Positions 21,653 to 32,140 are shown, numbered from the stretch's first letter. The stretch: DNA of 64,000 nucleotides from an uncultured Methanoregulaceae archaeon (GCA_963841015.1 CAWJAX010000005.1:352001-416000); one strand, 5' to 3'. Numbers and translations: made by a program. The notes: a model not told the origin generated them from the sequence alone.

Positions 21653-22011
21653 GCGACGGAATAACGCATGCGGTCCTTGAGTTCCTGCTGTTTGCTGGCG
21701 TTCCAGCCTGATACGTCCTGAAGATAGCCGGTTACCCTGCTTATCTGGGTAACATCATGAGAGCCGCAGTCCGGGCAGACAGGTTTCCCGCATAAGGGGC
21801 AGTACTCAATACCCGAGATGATTTCATGGGTGCAGTGGCAGTGGTCAAGAGGGCACATGACCTCAAGGTGCGTCTCGCCGCATTTCGGGCACGGCTTTTC
21901 CTCCACGATAAGATGACAGGTGTGGCACTTGTATTTACGCTCTTTTTCCGGAATATCGTCCAGACGCTTGTATTTTTGAGCCAATGTTCGTTGATCTGCA
22001 GTCCAATCCAT
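21649..22011 (-). CDS. Stand-alone NrdD C-terminal (Zn-ribbon + glycyl-radical loop) protein
   Basis: 120 aa ending CPDCGSHDVTQISRVTGYLQDVSGWNASKQQELKDR; several additional Cys/His clusters. Confidence 0.85.
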   Translation of the reverse strand: MDWTADQRTLAQKYKRLDDIPEKERKYKCHTCHLIVEEKPCPKCGETHLEVMCPLDHCHCTHEIISGIEYCPLCGKPVCPDCGSHDVTQISRVTGYLQDVSGWNASKQQELKDRMRYSVA

Positions 22012-22136
22012 ACTATAACATTGTAGAAGTCCTTAATAAATATTTAGAACCTTATAGTTCAACGAACGGCCAATATCTGGATAATCAGCCGCGCATACCC
22101 GGATCTGGTCACAGAATGGAGGTTATTTATATATTG

Positions 22137-22775
22137 TTACACCGAACGAACTCGGGCAAAACCCTTTGCAGTGTTGCCCGGGTTGTCAGCCTCATAGATC
22201 GCGCGACCTACAATAATTCCGTCCACGAGCCTGGCGACCGCATCGGCATCCCCTCCCTGAGCACCAATACCTGGTGAGAGGATCTTCCGGTTGCCGACGA
22301 TGCGTCGCAGCACGTTTACCCGGTCAGGACGGGTTGCAGGAGCGATGATACCATCTGCTCCACACTCCATCGCAAGCTGTGCGATACGCTCCGCGGTCCC
22401 TCCCTGGAAGAATTCTGTAGCGCCCGGGTGGCTCATCTCTGCCACAACGAAACACGCACCTCCGTAATCGGAAGAGGTGTCGACACATGCCTGTACGGCG
22501 TCTCTTCCAGTGAAACCGTGGCAGATGATGGATGAGAACCCTGCATCAAATACCTGCTCTGCGATGAGCCGGTTCGTATTCGGGATGTCGGCAACTTTGA
22601 AATCAGCGATCAGCGGGAGATCTTCTTCCTCGAGCTCCATTGCTATAGAAAGTCCGCATGAGAGAATAAGCGGGTAACCAAGTTTTATTGCATCAATATG
22701 TGGTGCGCATGCATGTGCAACAGCAAGCGCCTTCTTCTTCTCAGGTACATCGAGCGCAAGAATCAGTTCAGTCAT
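22137..22775 (-). CDS. pyrF: Orotidine-5'-phosphate decarboxylase
   Basis: Own ATG at 22775 (MTELILALD); DFKVADIPNT, SPGIGAQGG, IVGRAIY motifs. Confidence 0.95.
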   Translation of the reverse strand: MTELILALDVPEKKKALAVAHACAPHIDAIKLGYPLILSCGLSIAMELEEEDLPLIADFKVADIPNTNRLIAEQVFDAGFSSIICHGFTGRDAVQACVDTSSDYGGACFVVAEMSHPGATEFFQGGTAERIAQLAMECGADGIIAPATRPDRVNVLRRIVGNRKILSPGIGAQGGDADAVARLVDGIIVGRAIYEADNPGNTAKGFARVRSV

Positions 22776-23699
22776 GATGCATCCGCTCCAGAACAGCGGC
22801 GACAAGTATGGGGAGGGTGATTGTCGCGTCGCCATAAACGGTAACTGCCTGTGCCTCTTCCGTGATCTTTCCCCACGAGCGTGCTTCATCAAGAGTTGCA
22901 CCAGAGAGTCCGCCGAGATCCGGGCGGTCACCGGTGAGTGTACTGCATAATTAAAGCCGTTGGGGGTCATTAGCATGCTCTGGAGAATAAAGTTTTTCGG
23001 CACACCCCCGCCAACCAGAAGTGCCCCGGCTTTTTTTGCAGTGAAGCAGGTATCCATGAGGGCCGGCATATCAGCGAATGCATCGATCGTTACCGTATTT
23101 GTCTGTGAGAAAAGCCAGTACTGAAGACCGACCATCGAATCCTGGACTGCGGGACAGTAAACGGGAATATTTTTTTTAGCAGCGGTATGGAGGATGCCGG
23201 ATTTCAGATGGTTTCCGATATGATTGAGAAGGCCGGAGATGGAGATTGTACTCCCGGGGTCAAGTTTGCCGAAGACGTTCTGCATGAATTCCTCGAAGTG
23301 CTCAAAAGCTTCGTTGGGGAGATACACATCGTAAATACGGTTGATTTCGTCATGCCGGAGCGCAATATCATTGCAGAACGCCGTCCCATGGAAGTGCCGG
23401 CACCCGATCGCCTCGATTATATCGTGGGTAAGATTTGCGCCGGTCGAAACCAGCACATCGACATGATCGGCTTTCACGAGATCGGAAACGATCCCGCCCA
23501 TACCGGCAGGCACCATCGCGCCGGCAAGACCTAAGAATTTTGTTGCCTGGTTATCGCGCAGCATCTGTTCATAAATCGTTGCCGCTTTTGCCAGTGCCCC
23601 CCCATTATACGCACCGGCTTTTCCCATCGCAATAACCAGCTCATTAACGGTCATTTTTGGTTTGACATGGAGCTGGGTGACCGGCTCATCGCATTGCAT
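22768..23699 (-). CDS. dys: Deoxyhypusine synthase, one-base deletion near 22939
   Basis: GAMVPAG, TGANLTHD, GGGVPKN; the shifted frame resumes LTGDRPDLGGLSGATLDEARSWGKI...DATITLP and stops at 22768. Confidence 0.92.
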
Positions 23700-23937
23700 T
23701 GTGATATATATTCCCCCAGGATGTTGTCATACTCTTGTTTTTTCTTAAGTTTATCAGTGTATCACAAGTATTGTTCCTGTTAATTTTACGTTCATACCCA
23801 TAAACACACGCAGTAAAAAAATGTTGATGATACCTGCTTTCCTCCAGATTCCGTTTGTTCGAGTAGCATAGAAATTACTCCAATTTCATAGTCATGCTTC
23901 AACAAAGTTATCGGTATCCGAACCAATTATTATCCGA

Positions 23938-26337
23938 ATGCCGGAATCTATAAGATCAGATAACATAGCATCAATTTCCTTATCTAATCTAACAGGGAAT
24001 TTTCTTCCGATACTTGAATCCTTACGGGATCTTCTCGCCCGCCGGCTGGTTCAGGAGTATCACTCAATTACCGATCACGACCTGAATTACACAATCTTTT
24101 CATCAATTTTACAGGTCCTCTTCCTCAGAACCGGAAAGGATTGCGGGTTTGTAGAGCCCGGAACGCTCGCCCTTCTTGCTGAAAGTGACGGTATAAGCCG
24201 GCGCATGGCGCGGGCATGCTCAGATGTGGGGCTAATGCCGGATATCCTCTTCGAGAAAGGGCCGGACGATCCCCGTCCTACTCCCGAAGTTCCCGATGAT
24301 GCGCTCCGTGAAATTATCCGTTATATGGATTCTGAGAAATTTCCCGTGCCCATCTCCACACTCCCAATTGGACACCTTGCCGTAATCTTTGAAAACTTTC
24401 TTGGGACAAGAATGCAGGTTTCAGAAGGATACCGTGTGAAGCATACCGGAAAGTCTGCAGTGCTCTATACCGGAAACGTGGGTATACCTTTGCAGGAGGT
24501 CGTCGAATATGTGGTGAATAAGACGATGAGTGAGGTGATCAGGGAACCGGAAACAGATTGCAGAACGGGGGTCAGGATCCTCGATCCCGCATGCGGCGCC
24601 GGGATCTTTTTGCTCGCTGCGTACAGGGCTCTTGTCCGTCGCAAGACCGAACAATCAAATCGTCAGGAACAGACAGGAGAGTTACTGCATGGTCTGGCAT
24701 GCCAGTCAGTTTACGGCACAGACATCGATCCCGAATACGTCAGCACGGCTCGTTTCATCATCCTGCTTTCGTTCATTGAGGAGTGCCAGCTGTCAGGATA
24801 TGGTCCTGTTTCACCGGACTGTTTGCGGGAAATATGCGAATGCCTGAAAGGTACAATTCGTTGTGGGAACGCCCTGATTGCCAATGACTACTTTTCCGGA
24901 CGGCAGGAACACCCGTTCAATGCAGAGGAACGCCTCAAGGTCAACGCTTTTTCCTGGCAGGAGGCATTTCCGCATGTCCTTGATCGCGGGGGATTTGATG
25001 CGATAATCGGTGCACCCCCACCTTATCAGCCTTTCATGGTAAAAGCACGGGACGAATATTTCCAAACGCATTACAATGTTTACGCAAAGGGTGCCGGGCT
25101 CTATGGTTACTTCATCGAGAAGGGGTTGAAGCTACTCCGACCCAAAGGGTCGCTTGCCTTCTGTATACCGGATACGTTTCTCAGAACAAACCCTGCCCGG
25201 TCACTGCGGAAGTTTCTGCTTACAAAACAGATCGAGGAGATCGTGGAGTTTGGTGATCTGCCGGTCTTTAAAACCGCGACAACGTGCCCATGCATTATCC
25301 GGGTCTCCAACAATAAACCTTCAAAAGCATTCTGCGTTACAAAGCTGGAAACGCTTGACTTTCCGAGCCTTAACGAATACGTGAAGGAGCACCGGCACCC
25401 AATGGATCAGCAAATGCTCACTGATGGCGGGTGGACGCTCGGCGACAAGCGAACGGAGAATTTGTTGAAGAAGTTGCAGAGTGTCGGGGGGCCGCTGGAA
25501 GAATATGTAATGGGAGGGATCTATCGGGGAATAATTACCGGATTGAATGATGCATTTGTGATCAATGAAAAAATTAAAAATCAATTAATCGATGCTGATC
25601 CAAGGAACGCAACAATTATCAAACCATTTATAACCGGCAAAGATATCAAACGCTACATTCCTCCCGAAAAAGGAAAAAATGTTATTTTAATGCCAAAAGG
25701 ATGGACGAACAAACTATCGGGAGATGCGAAAAATAAGGGGAAGTGGTTCAAAGAACACTATCCTGCTGTTTCTCAACATCTTGAGCCATTTAAAAAAACT
25801 GCAGAAATCCGTTCTGATAAGGGTGATTACTGGTGGGAATTGCGAGCGTGTGAGTATTACGAAGAATTTGAAAAACCGAAAATATTTTACCCGGATATTG
25901 CCCCACGAGGATACTTCACTCTCGATGAAACTGGGAAATTCTTTTGTGCACATTCGGGCTGTTTCATAGTCAGTAATCAAAAATACCTGTTGGGGCTGTT
26001 AAACTCAAAGTTGATCACTTTTTATTATTGTAAAAATACAGCATCGATCCACGGTGGATATCTGAGATTCTTTCCACAAAGTATTGCCAGACTCCCTATC
26101 TATACAATCGACTTTGACAACCCGAATGACAAAACCCGGCACGATCGCATGGTCACTCTCGTCACCGAAATGTTGGAATTACACAAACACCTGAGTCATG
26201 CGAAGACGGATCAGGAAAAACGGATCATCAGGCAAGAGATCGAGTCGATCGACCGTCAGATCGATTCGCTGGTGTATGGATTATACAGCCTAACCGCCGA
26301 TGAGGTTGCGGTGGTAGAAGAGGCAGTAAGGATATAA
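23938..26337 (+). CDS. Eco57I/TaqI-like (type IIG-derived) N6-adenine methyltransferase homologue with degenerate catalytic motif and C-terminal TRD
   Basis: Motif I ILDPACGAGIFL present; motif IV reads FDAIIGAPPPY rather than GNPPY; TaqI_C-like WWELR..Y..EFEKPKIFYPDI, YLLGLLNSKL, IDSLVYGLY. Confidence 0.85.
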   Translation: MPESIRSDNIASISLSNLTGNFLPILESLRDLLARRLVQEYHSITDHDLNYTIFSSILQVLFLRTGKDCGFVEPGTLALLAESDGISRRMARACSDVGLMPDILFEKGPDDPRPTPEVPDDALREIIRYMDSEKFPVPISTLPIGHLAVIFENFLGTRMQVSEGYRVKHTGKSAVLYTGNVGIPLQEVVEYVVNKTMSEVIREPETDCRTGVRILDPACGAGIFLLAAYRALVRRKTEQSNRQEQTGELLHGLACQSVYGTDIDPEYVSTARFIILLSFIEECQLSGYGPVSPDCLREICECLKGTIRCGNALIANDYFSGRQEHPFNAEERLKVNAFSWQEAFPHVLDRGGFDAIIGAPPPYQPFMVKARDEYFQTHYNVYAKGAGLYGYFIEKGLKLLRPKGSLAFCIPDTFLRTNPARSLRKFLLTKQIEEIVEFGDLPVFKTATTCPCIIRVSNNKPSKAFCVTKLETLDFPSLNEYVKEHRHPMDQQMLTDGGWTLGDKRTENLLKKLQSVGGPLEEYVMGGIYRGIITGLNDAFVINEKIKNQLIDADPRNATIIKPFITGKDIKRYIPPEKGKNVILMPKGWTNKLSGDAKNKGKWFKEHYPAVSQHLEPFKKTAEIRSDKGDYWWELRACEYYEEFEKPKIFYPDIAPRGYFTLDETGKFFCAHSGCFIVSNQKYLLGLLNSKLITFYYCKNTASIHGGYLRFFPQSIARLPIYTIDFDNPNDKTRHDRMVTLVTEMLELHKHLSHAKTDQEKRIIRQEIESIDRQIDSLVYGLYSLTADEVAVVEEAVRI

Positions 26338-26585
26338 AACCCTTCGACGATAAAAAACAGTATTATAGTGGTTACTGGAACGCAGATATTTTTCGCCATG
26401 GCATAAAGTAACCCTCCAAAAAAGGGGCTGCTGGAAGACCGCTATTTTAACAGATCTTATTTTGATTTAAACGGCTATTTTTTAAAAACAAGGAAGTATA
26501 TCAATATTTTCCACAGGGGTTGACGCACTTCCGCTGGAGCCGGAAATGACCTTCGTCCGATTGGCAAACGGGGCTTAAATTGGGC

Positions 26586-27011
26586 TTATTCACTTTCATC
26601 CCCCCGGATTGTTGGAAGGTTCAGGGGTTCGCTCCTGAATTTGACGCATTTCTGGAAAACCGGTTTTTCACGGTCAATCATGCTAATCTCATATAACCTG
26701 TCTTCGTGTACCCGGTACCGCTGGAAGGCACGGCTCCAGACATATCGTACCCACAGCTCGCGGCCGATCCCTTCTGGCATCGGCAGCATTTTAAGAATCT
26801 CAAAATCATCGCGGAAGAAGTCCTCCCACATATCGAACTCACCCGGAGAGTTACGGCTCGTCCGCACACGGATCGCGATCGCATCATGGTCTCGGTAGGC
26901 AAGGGCATCATAGGGTATATCTGCATCGGGATTAGGTACCCAGCAGTAGCCCTGCCGTTCTGCAAATTTTTTTGCTGATTCTATTGTAACCACCGGACGT
27001 GCGCCCCGCAT
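26586..27011 (-). CDS. Hypothetical protein, PD-(D/E)XK restriction-endonuclease-like fold
   Basis: GAGGGTG RBS before MRGARP; AKKFAERQGY...PYDALAY...IAIRVR pattern resembles Hjc/YraN-type cores. Confidence 0.55.
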   Translation of the reverse strand: MRGARPVVTIESAKKFAERQGYCWVPNPDADIPYDALAYRDHDAIAIRVRTSRNSPGEFDMWEDFFRDDFEILKMLPMPEGIGRELWVRYVWSRAFQRYRVHEDRLYEISMIDREKPVFQKCVKFRSEPLNLPTIRGDESE

Positions 27012-27150
27012 CTCTGTAACACCCTCGTCTTTCCGGATTGATACCAGGACAATACTTCTCAAAAGAAATGCAGGGTAAGATGATACGCTTTGTTATGGGA
27101 AGGCTCTGCCCTCGTCACAGGAACGACCTTTCGGATTGCCAATGAATGTA

Positions 27151-28374
27151 TCAATATTCCGGCTCTCCCCTGCAGAGCGGTTTTGCCAGATGTCTCCGTG
27201 CGGTTGGTGGCACTTCATACCATCCGGTTGTCAGATTTCGGGGAATTACCTGCAGGTCCGGATCAACCGCACGTGCTCCGCACTTTTTACATTTGTAACC
27301 TTTTCCCGTCCCATCGCTTGTCATACGTTTGTTACATTGGATGCATATTGGTGGGCGTGAGGATACCGGTATAGCAAGTTTCGTGATCCGGATTTTTTCA
27401 AGATTGATACTCCCCTTCTTGTAACTCCCGACCACAATCACTCCATCGCCCAGGACGAGCTGACGCACTATCTGCCGGAAATTTTTCGTGGGCTCGTAAG
27501 CCATGCAGCGCACGGTACGATCGTCATCACTGATTGTGAACGAGACATGCCCTCCGGTCGTGGTTGATGGAGCCCCCGCTACAATACCCTGAACCCGGAA
27601 CGAGAGCCCTTCCCGGAGTTCACCAATCCTGCCGGAAAGGATATGCGCATCTGTCCCCTCGTTCGTGACCCAGATCTGTTCGATCCCCGGTTTCTCTGAT
27701 TTGACCATCTGACGGGCAACCATCACCCACGAAGGACTTTCGCCACGGATGCCAAAAAGCACCGGATCCGGAGTATGCGGCACGCAGACCACAACATCAT
27801 TTGTTGTATCCACCGTGTCCCATGTGTGCGGGAATGTTGCCTGTTCCGCATCGAACAAACTTTGCCGGTCAACATCGCGGGGAGTTCCCCAGTGTTCCGG
27901 TTTCCGGTATACCAGGATTTCAGAAGTGCGATCCTCAAACATGCTTGCGACTGCAGCAGTAGCACCAATCAGGCCGCGCCTGTTTTTGTACCCCCGGTAT
28001 TGGGCACCAGTTTCTTCGAGAAGTTCGATTGCCTCTTCGATCTGGCAAAAATCGGTTACAGCCTTTGAATAAAATGCCGGGTCCGGTGGTGTATCGACCA
28101 CAACAACCCCGGGATTGGTATTTTCACAGGAAAAATCGGCAAGCTCCTCAACAACCGTGCACGCGATCGCAAATGCAGCGTCCCTGTCTCCTGAAACATT
28201 GAGTGCGACTGCTGCATTACCCCGTGTTTTGAAGGTTACATTCGGGTTGAGCCGGACGAGCCGTGCTTCACGGACTCTCATATGTTCGCAGATCAGGCGG
28301 CGTGCAAGGATTGCACCGAGGTATGTCGTGCACATCCCCTGAGGTGAATCCGTATCATCAATCCCGATGAGCAT
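27151..28374 (-). CDS. tiaS: tRNA(Ile2) agmatinylcytidine synthase
   Basis: IGIDDTDS..GMCTTY, RLNPNV.FKTRGN, PDPVLFGIRG, C-terminal Zn ribbon and RRHLAKP. Confidence 0.96.
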   Translation of the reverse strand: MLIGIDDTDSPQGMCTTYLGAILARRLICEHMRVREARLVRLNPNVTFKTRGNAAVALNVSGDRDAAFAIACTVVEELADFSCENTNPGVVVVDTPPDPAFYSKAVTDFCQIEEAIELLEETGAQYRGYKNRRGLIGATAAVASMFEDRTSEILVYRKPEHWGTPRDVDRQSLFDAEQATFPHTWDTVDTTNDVVVCVPHTPDPVLFGIRGESPSWVMVARQMVKSEKPGIEQIWVTNEGTDAHILSGRIGELREGLSFRVQGIVAGAPSTTTGGHVSFTISDDDRTVRCMAYEPTKNFRQIVRQLVLGDGVIVVGSYKKGSINLEKIRITKLAIPVSSRPPICIQCNKRMTSDGTGKGYKCKKCGARAVDPDLQVIPRNLTTGWYEVPPTARRHLAKPLCRGEPEY

Positions 28375-28418
28375 ATCTATATTAATATACCCTCAGGCTA
28401 TATCCATTCTTTACGGAA

Positions 28419-29345
28419 ATGTCTCAGGATCGCCAACTCCAGCTGGTCACCAGTGTAATGATCACCGCAGGTTTTGATGTATCAGAACGGTTCTCCATCC
28501 GTCCAAGGAGTTTTGACCTTATCGCCCGTAACAACGGGACGCTTCTCATCATTAAAGTGGTATCCCATATCGACAGTATAAGCGAAGAGGTGGCATTTGA
28601 CCTTGAAGTGATCTCGCGCCATCTTGGGGGGGTCCCTCTGGTGGTTGGTGAACGAGCCCGCGACGCAGAGCTTGAGCGCGGGGCTGTCTATGTACGGTAC
28701 GGTATTTTTGCTATCAGCCCCTCAACACTCTATGACTATTTTGTGGAGGGGATTCCCCCGCTTGTCTATGCATCTCCAGGTGGACTCTACGTGAACATCG
28801 ATGGTGAGGTGCTCCGTGATCTTCGGGAGAAACGCAGTATGTCGCTGGGGGATCTCGGGCAGGTGCTGGGGGTATCGCGACGCACGATCAGTAAATATGA
28901 GAGTGGTATGGGTACTACCCTTGATGTGGCGATCCGGATCGAGGAATTTTTTAATACCGGTGTGGTAAAATCCATAAATCTTATTCTTCACGAGCCCCCC
29001 CGAGTGATGGAGGGACAGCAGCGGGACGAAGGGACGGGCACGCAGACCCCGATGGAGTTTTTTAAACAGATCGGCATGCAGCTTCACACGCTCCATGGTG
29101 CCCCGTTCCAGGCGCTTCTCACTTTTGAGAAACATACTATTCTCACCGGATACGGTCCAGCTGACAAAGTCATTAAACGCGCCGCTCTTATTGGAAATAT
29201 ATCACAGATCGCAAAGAAACATGCAATGTGTGTTATCACTGATCATTACAAGCAGAAAAAGATAGGAAAAACACTCGTAATCGGGGAGGATCGCCTTCAC
29301 CGGATTACCGATGGTTTTGAGCTTCTTGATATGATCGGTGAATAA
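28419..29345 (+). CDS. Archaeal HTH transcriptional regulator (COG1395-like)
   Basis: RPRSFDLIAR, PGGLYV, LGVSRRTISKYESG; typical position between tiaS and thermosome. Confidence 0.88.
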   Translation: MSQDRQLQLVTSVMITAGFDVSERFSIRPRSFDLIARNNGTLLIIKVVSHIDSISEEVAFDLEVISRHLGGVPLVVGERARDAELERGAVYVRYGIFAISPSTLYDYFVEGIPPLVYASPGGLYVNIDGEVLRDLREKRSMSLGDLGQVLGVSRRTISKYESGMGTTLDVAIRIEEFFNTGVVKSINLILHEPPRVMEGQQRDEGTGTQTPMEFFKQIGMQLHTLHGAPFQALLTFEKHTILTGYGPADKVIKRAALIGNISQIAKKHAMCVITDHYKQKKIGKTLVIGEDRLHRITDGFELLDMIGE

Positions 29346-29408
29346 TCTGTTTTAGATAATGTTTATATAGAACCACAAACCAATTTTAGTGCTAAAAGTG
29401 GTGATTTA

Positions 29409-31070
29409 ATGTCACAGCAACTAGGTGGACAGCAGATACTTATTCTTAAAGAAGGCAGCACCCGTACCCGGGGCCGCGATGCTCAGGGTATGAACATCAC
29501 CGCCGCAAAGGCAGTGGCAAGTGCAGTCAGGACCACACTCGGTCCAAAAGGTATGGACAAGATGCTCGTCGATACAATCGGCGATGTCGTGATCACGAAC
29601 GATGGTGTCACAATTCTTAAGGAAATGGACATCGAGCACCCGGCCGCAAAAATGATGGTTGAGGTCGCAAAGACGCAGGATGATGAGGTTGGTGACGGTA
29701 CAACCACAGCTGTCGTTATTGCCGGTGAGCTTCTCAAGAAGGCAGAGGATCTCCTTGAGCAGGATGTTCACCCAACCATCATTGCCGCAGGCTACCGTCA
29801 GGCAGCTGAAAAGGCGCAGGCTATCCTTAAGGAAATTGCATTTGATGTTAAGGCGACCGATAAGGTGATGCTTAAAAATATCGCCGGTACCGCAATGACC
29901 GGCAAGGGTGCCGAGGCATCCAAGGACAAGCTCTGCGACCTTGTCGTCAAAGCGATTACAATGGTTACTGATGACGATGGAACCGTTGACATCGAGAACA
30001 TCAAAGTCGAGAAGAAGACTGGTGGGAGCATTGAGGACTCTGAAATTGTTGAAGGAGTACTCATTGATAAGGAAAGAGTCCACCCGTCGATGCCAAAGAA
30101 AGTCACCAATGCAAAGATTCTCTTACTGAATGCCGCAGTCGAGTTCAAGAAAACCGAAGTTGACGCTGAGATTAACATCACCAGCCCTGATCAGCTCCAG
30201 GCATTCCTTGACGAGGAAGAGCGAATGGTCAGAGGTATTGTCGACAAGGTTGTAGCAAGCGGCGCAAATGTTCTCTTCTGCCAGAAGGGTATTGACGATA
30301 TTGCCCAGCACTACCTCGCAAAGGCAGGAATCTTTGCAACCCGCCGTGTCAAGAAGAGCGACATGGAAAAGCTCGCCCGTGCAACCGGTGCCAGCCTCGT
30401 TTCCTCGATTGATGCGATCAGTAAGGAAGAACTTGGTAAGGCAGGGCTCGTTGAGGAACGCAAGGTTTCCGGCGAAGAAATGACCTTTGTCGAGCAGTGC
30501 AAGAATCCCAAGGCAGTATCAATTATCATCAAGGGTGGTACTGAGCACGTAGTTGACGAACTCGAACGTGCAATCCATGATGCACTTCGTGTTGTTGGCG
30601 TTGTCGTTGAAGATAAGAAAGTTGTCGCCGGTGGTGGCGCACCAGAGACTGAACTTTCCCTCCGTCTCCGTGAATACGGTGCAACGGTCGGTGGAAGGGC
30701 ACAGCTCGCCATCGAAGCATTCGCATCAGCCCTCGAGATTATTCCGCGAACCCTCGCAGAGAATGCAGGACTTGACCCCATAGATATGCTTGTCGAGATT
30801 CGTGCAGCTCATGAGAAGGGAAAGAAAACACACGGTCTGAACGTATTCGAAGGCAAGGCAGTCGACATGAAGGCAGCCGGTGTTGTCGAGCCACTCCGCG
30901 TCAAGACGCAGGCAATCTCCTCGGCTGCGGAAGCTGCTATCATGATTCTGCGCATTGACGATGTCATTGCATCGTCCAAGAGCCACGCACCTGAGGGCGG
31001 CATGCCCCCCGGTGGCATGGGTGGTATGGGCGGAATGGGTGGCATGCCCCCCGGAATGGGCGATTACTAA
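29409..31070 (+). CDS. thsA: Thermosome (group II chaperonin) subunit
   Basis: [24 protein letters not shown] motifs and GGM-rich tail. Confidence 0.98.
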   Translation: MSQQLGGQQILILKEGSTRTRGRDAQGMNITAAKAVASAVRTTLGPKGMDKMLVDTIGDVVITNDGVTILKEMDIEHPAAKMMVEVAKTQDDEVGDGTTTAVVIAGELLKKAEDLLEQDVHPTIIAAGYRQAAEKAQAILKEIAFDVKATDKVMLKNIAGTAMTGKGAEASKDKLCDLVVKAITMVTDDDGTVDIENIKVEKKTGGSIEDSEIVEGVLIDKERVHPSMPKKVTNAKILLLNAAVEFKKTEVDAEINITSPDQLQAFLDEEERMVRGIVDKVVASGANVLFCQKGIDDIAQHYLAKAGIFATRRVKKSDMEKLARATGASLVSSIDAISKEELGKAGLVEERKVSGEEMTFVEQCKNPKAVSIIIKGGTEHVVDELERAIHDALRVVGVVVEDKKVVAGGGAPETELSLRLREYGATVGGRAQLAIEAFASALEIIPRTLAENAGLDPIDMLVEIRAAHEKGKKTHGLNVFEGKAVDMKAAGVVEPLRVKTQAISSAAEAAIMILRIDDVIASSKSHAPEGGMPPGGMGGMGGMGGMPPGMGDY

Positions 31071-31074
31071 TCCA

Positions 31075-31092
31075 TTTTTTTTATTTTTTTTG
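31075..31092 (+). terminator. Oligo-T terminator of the thermosome gene
   Basis: Two T8 runs starting a few bases after the stop. Confidence 0.65.
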
Positions 31093-31367
31093 TTCTCAAT
31101 TTCAGATGTTTGGTGCGTCTTCGTTCTCCTTGATATTTTTTAATGCGATCCTGTATGAATGCACCATAAAAAATAGAGGACAGAATCTGTTGAAAATACA
31201 TAAATAAATCTTAAATATTTACCGGAATTGGATTATTCCCCCCTCTTCTGTTCTCGGGATTTTTTTAAAAAAATCGTTAAAAAAGAATTCAATTGGAAAA
31301 AAAGAGGGGTTCTCTTCTTACTGCTCTCCCCTTTTTGTTACCGCAACCTGAACAAAGAGTGAACGAA

Positions 31368-31862
31368 TCAGGGATGTACATCACTCTTGATAATTACTGC
31401 ACCTTTCATGTCCGGGTAGTTGGGATCGGTGATCTCATGAGTGCCTTCCCACGAACCAAAGGTATAACTCCATGTTGCACCCGGTATAATCTCCCCGGAA
31501 TTAAAACCGCCCTCCGGGGAGCTCATCTTTAAGGAATGGACCGTTCCATCATCATTTTTCCATGTGATTCCTGTATGAGGAAGAACGGTCAGTACCTGGG
31601 GAACAAATGAATTATTCTTCATCTGGATGACAGTGACGACTTTACCTGTCGGGGATTCAGTTCTTTTTGTTGTGGGGAGCTGCGTTGTTGCAACAGTGGT
31701 TGGAATCGATGTCGTTACTACGGTCAATTCGGAGGTTGGAATGGGAGTCGTAACAATCGTTGGCTGAGTGGTAGTGACTGGTTCTGGTACAGGTTGCTGG
31801 GTACATCCCATGAATGCTACAAAAGCAATCACAAGAAAAAATAAAACAATACATTTCTTCAT
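31368..31862 (-). CDS. Lipoprotein with Thr/Pro linker and cupredoxin-like domain lacking the Cys ligand
   Basis: FMGC lipobox; FVPQVLTV...ITWKNDD..HSL...FNSG.I.PG.TWSYTF...DPNYPDMKGAVII. Confidence 0.8.
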   Translation of the reverse strand: MKKCIVLFFLVIAFVAFMGCTQQPVPEPVTTTQPTIVTTPIPTSELTVVTTSIPTTVATTQLPTTKRTESPTGKVVTVIQMKNNSFVPQVLTVLPHTGITWKNDDGTVHSLKMSSPEGGFNSGEIIPGATWSYTFGSWEGTHEITDPNYPDMKGAVIIKSDVHP

Positions 31863-32140
31863 GAAATGTAAATTGTTTTCACCCTGTAATTAAATTTACT
31901 TACCTGCTCGCGATTATTTTCCTCCCCGCTCTTTAAAAAATCGTTTGAAATTCGAAATACCTGAACATGGCTAAAATTCCATGATTTTATCCTGATAAAT
32001 TTTTTTTTTCTTATCGAAAAGTTCCAATCTGTAATCCAGGGCAATAGTTTTGCCACCCCCTCATTTCCAATGTTGGAACGTTAAGGCTGATTGTTTGTTA
32101 TGCAACAGGTTAATGAACCCGGACATATCCAGTATTTCCC

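Noticed and set aside
22137-23699. 520 aa deoxyhypusine synthase-PyrF fusion in the ORF track
   Set aside because: A one-base deletion near 22939 shifts DHS into the pyrF frame; the true DHS C-terminus (GGLSGAT..EA.SWGK) lies intact in another frame and pyrF has its own ATG.
31000-31065. GGCATG-type short repeats
   Set aside because: They encode the normal GGM-rich chaperonin tail; not a CRISPR or satellite.
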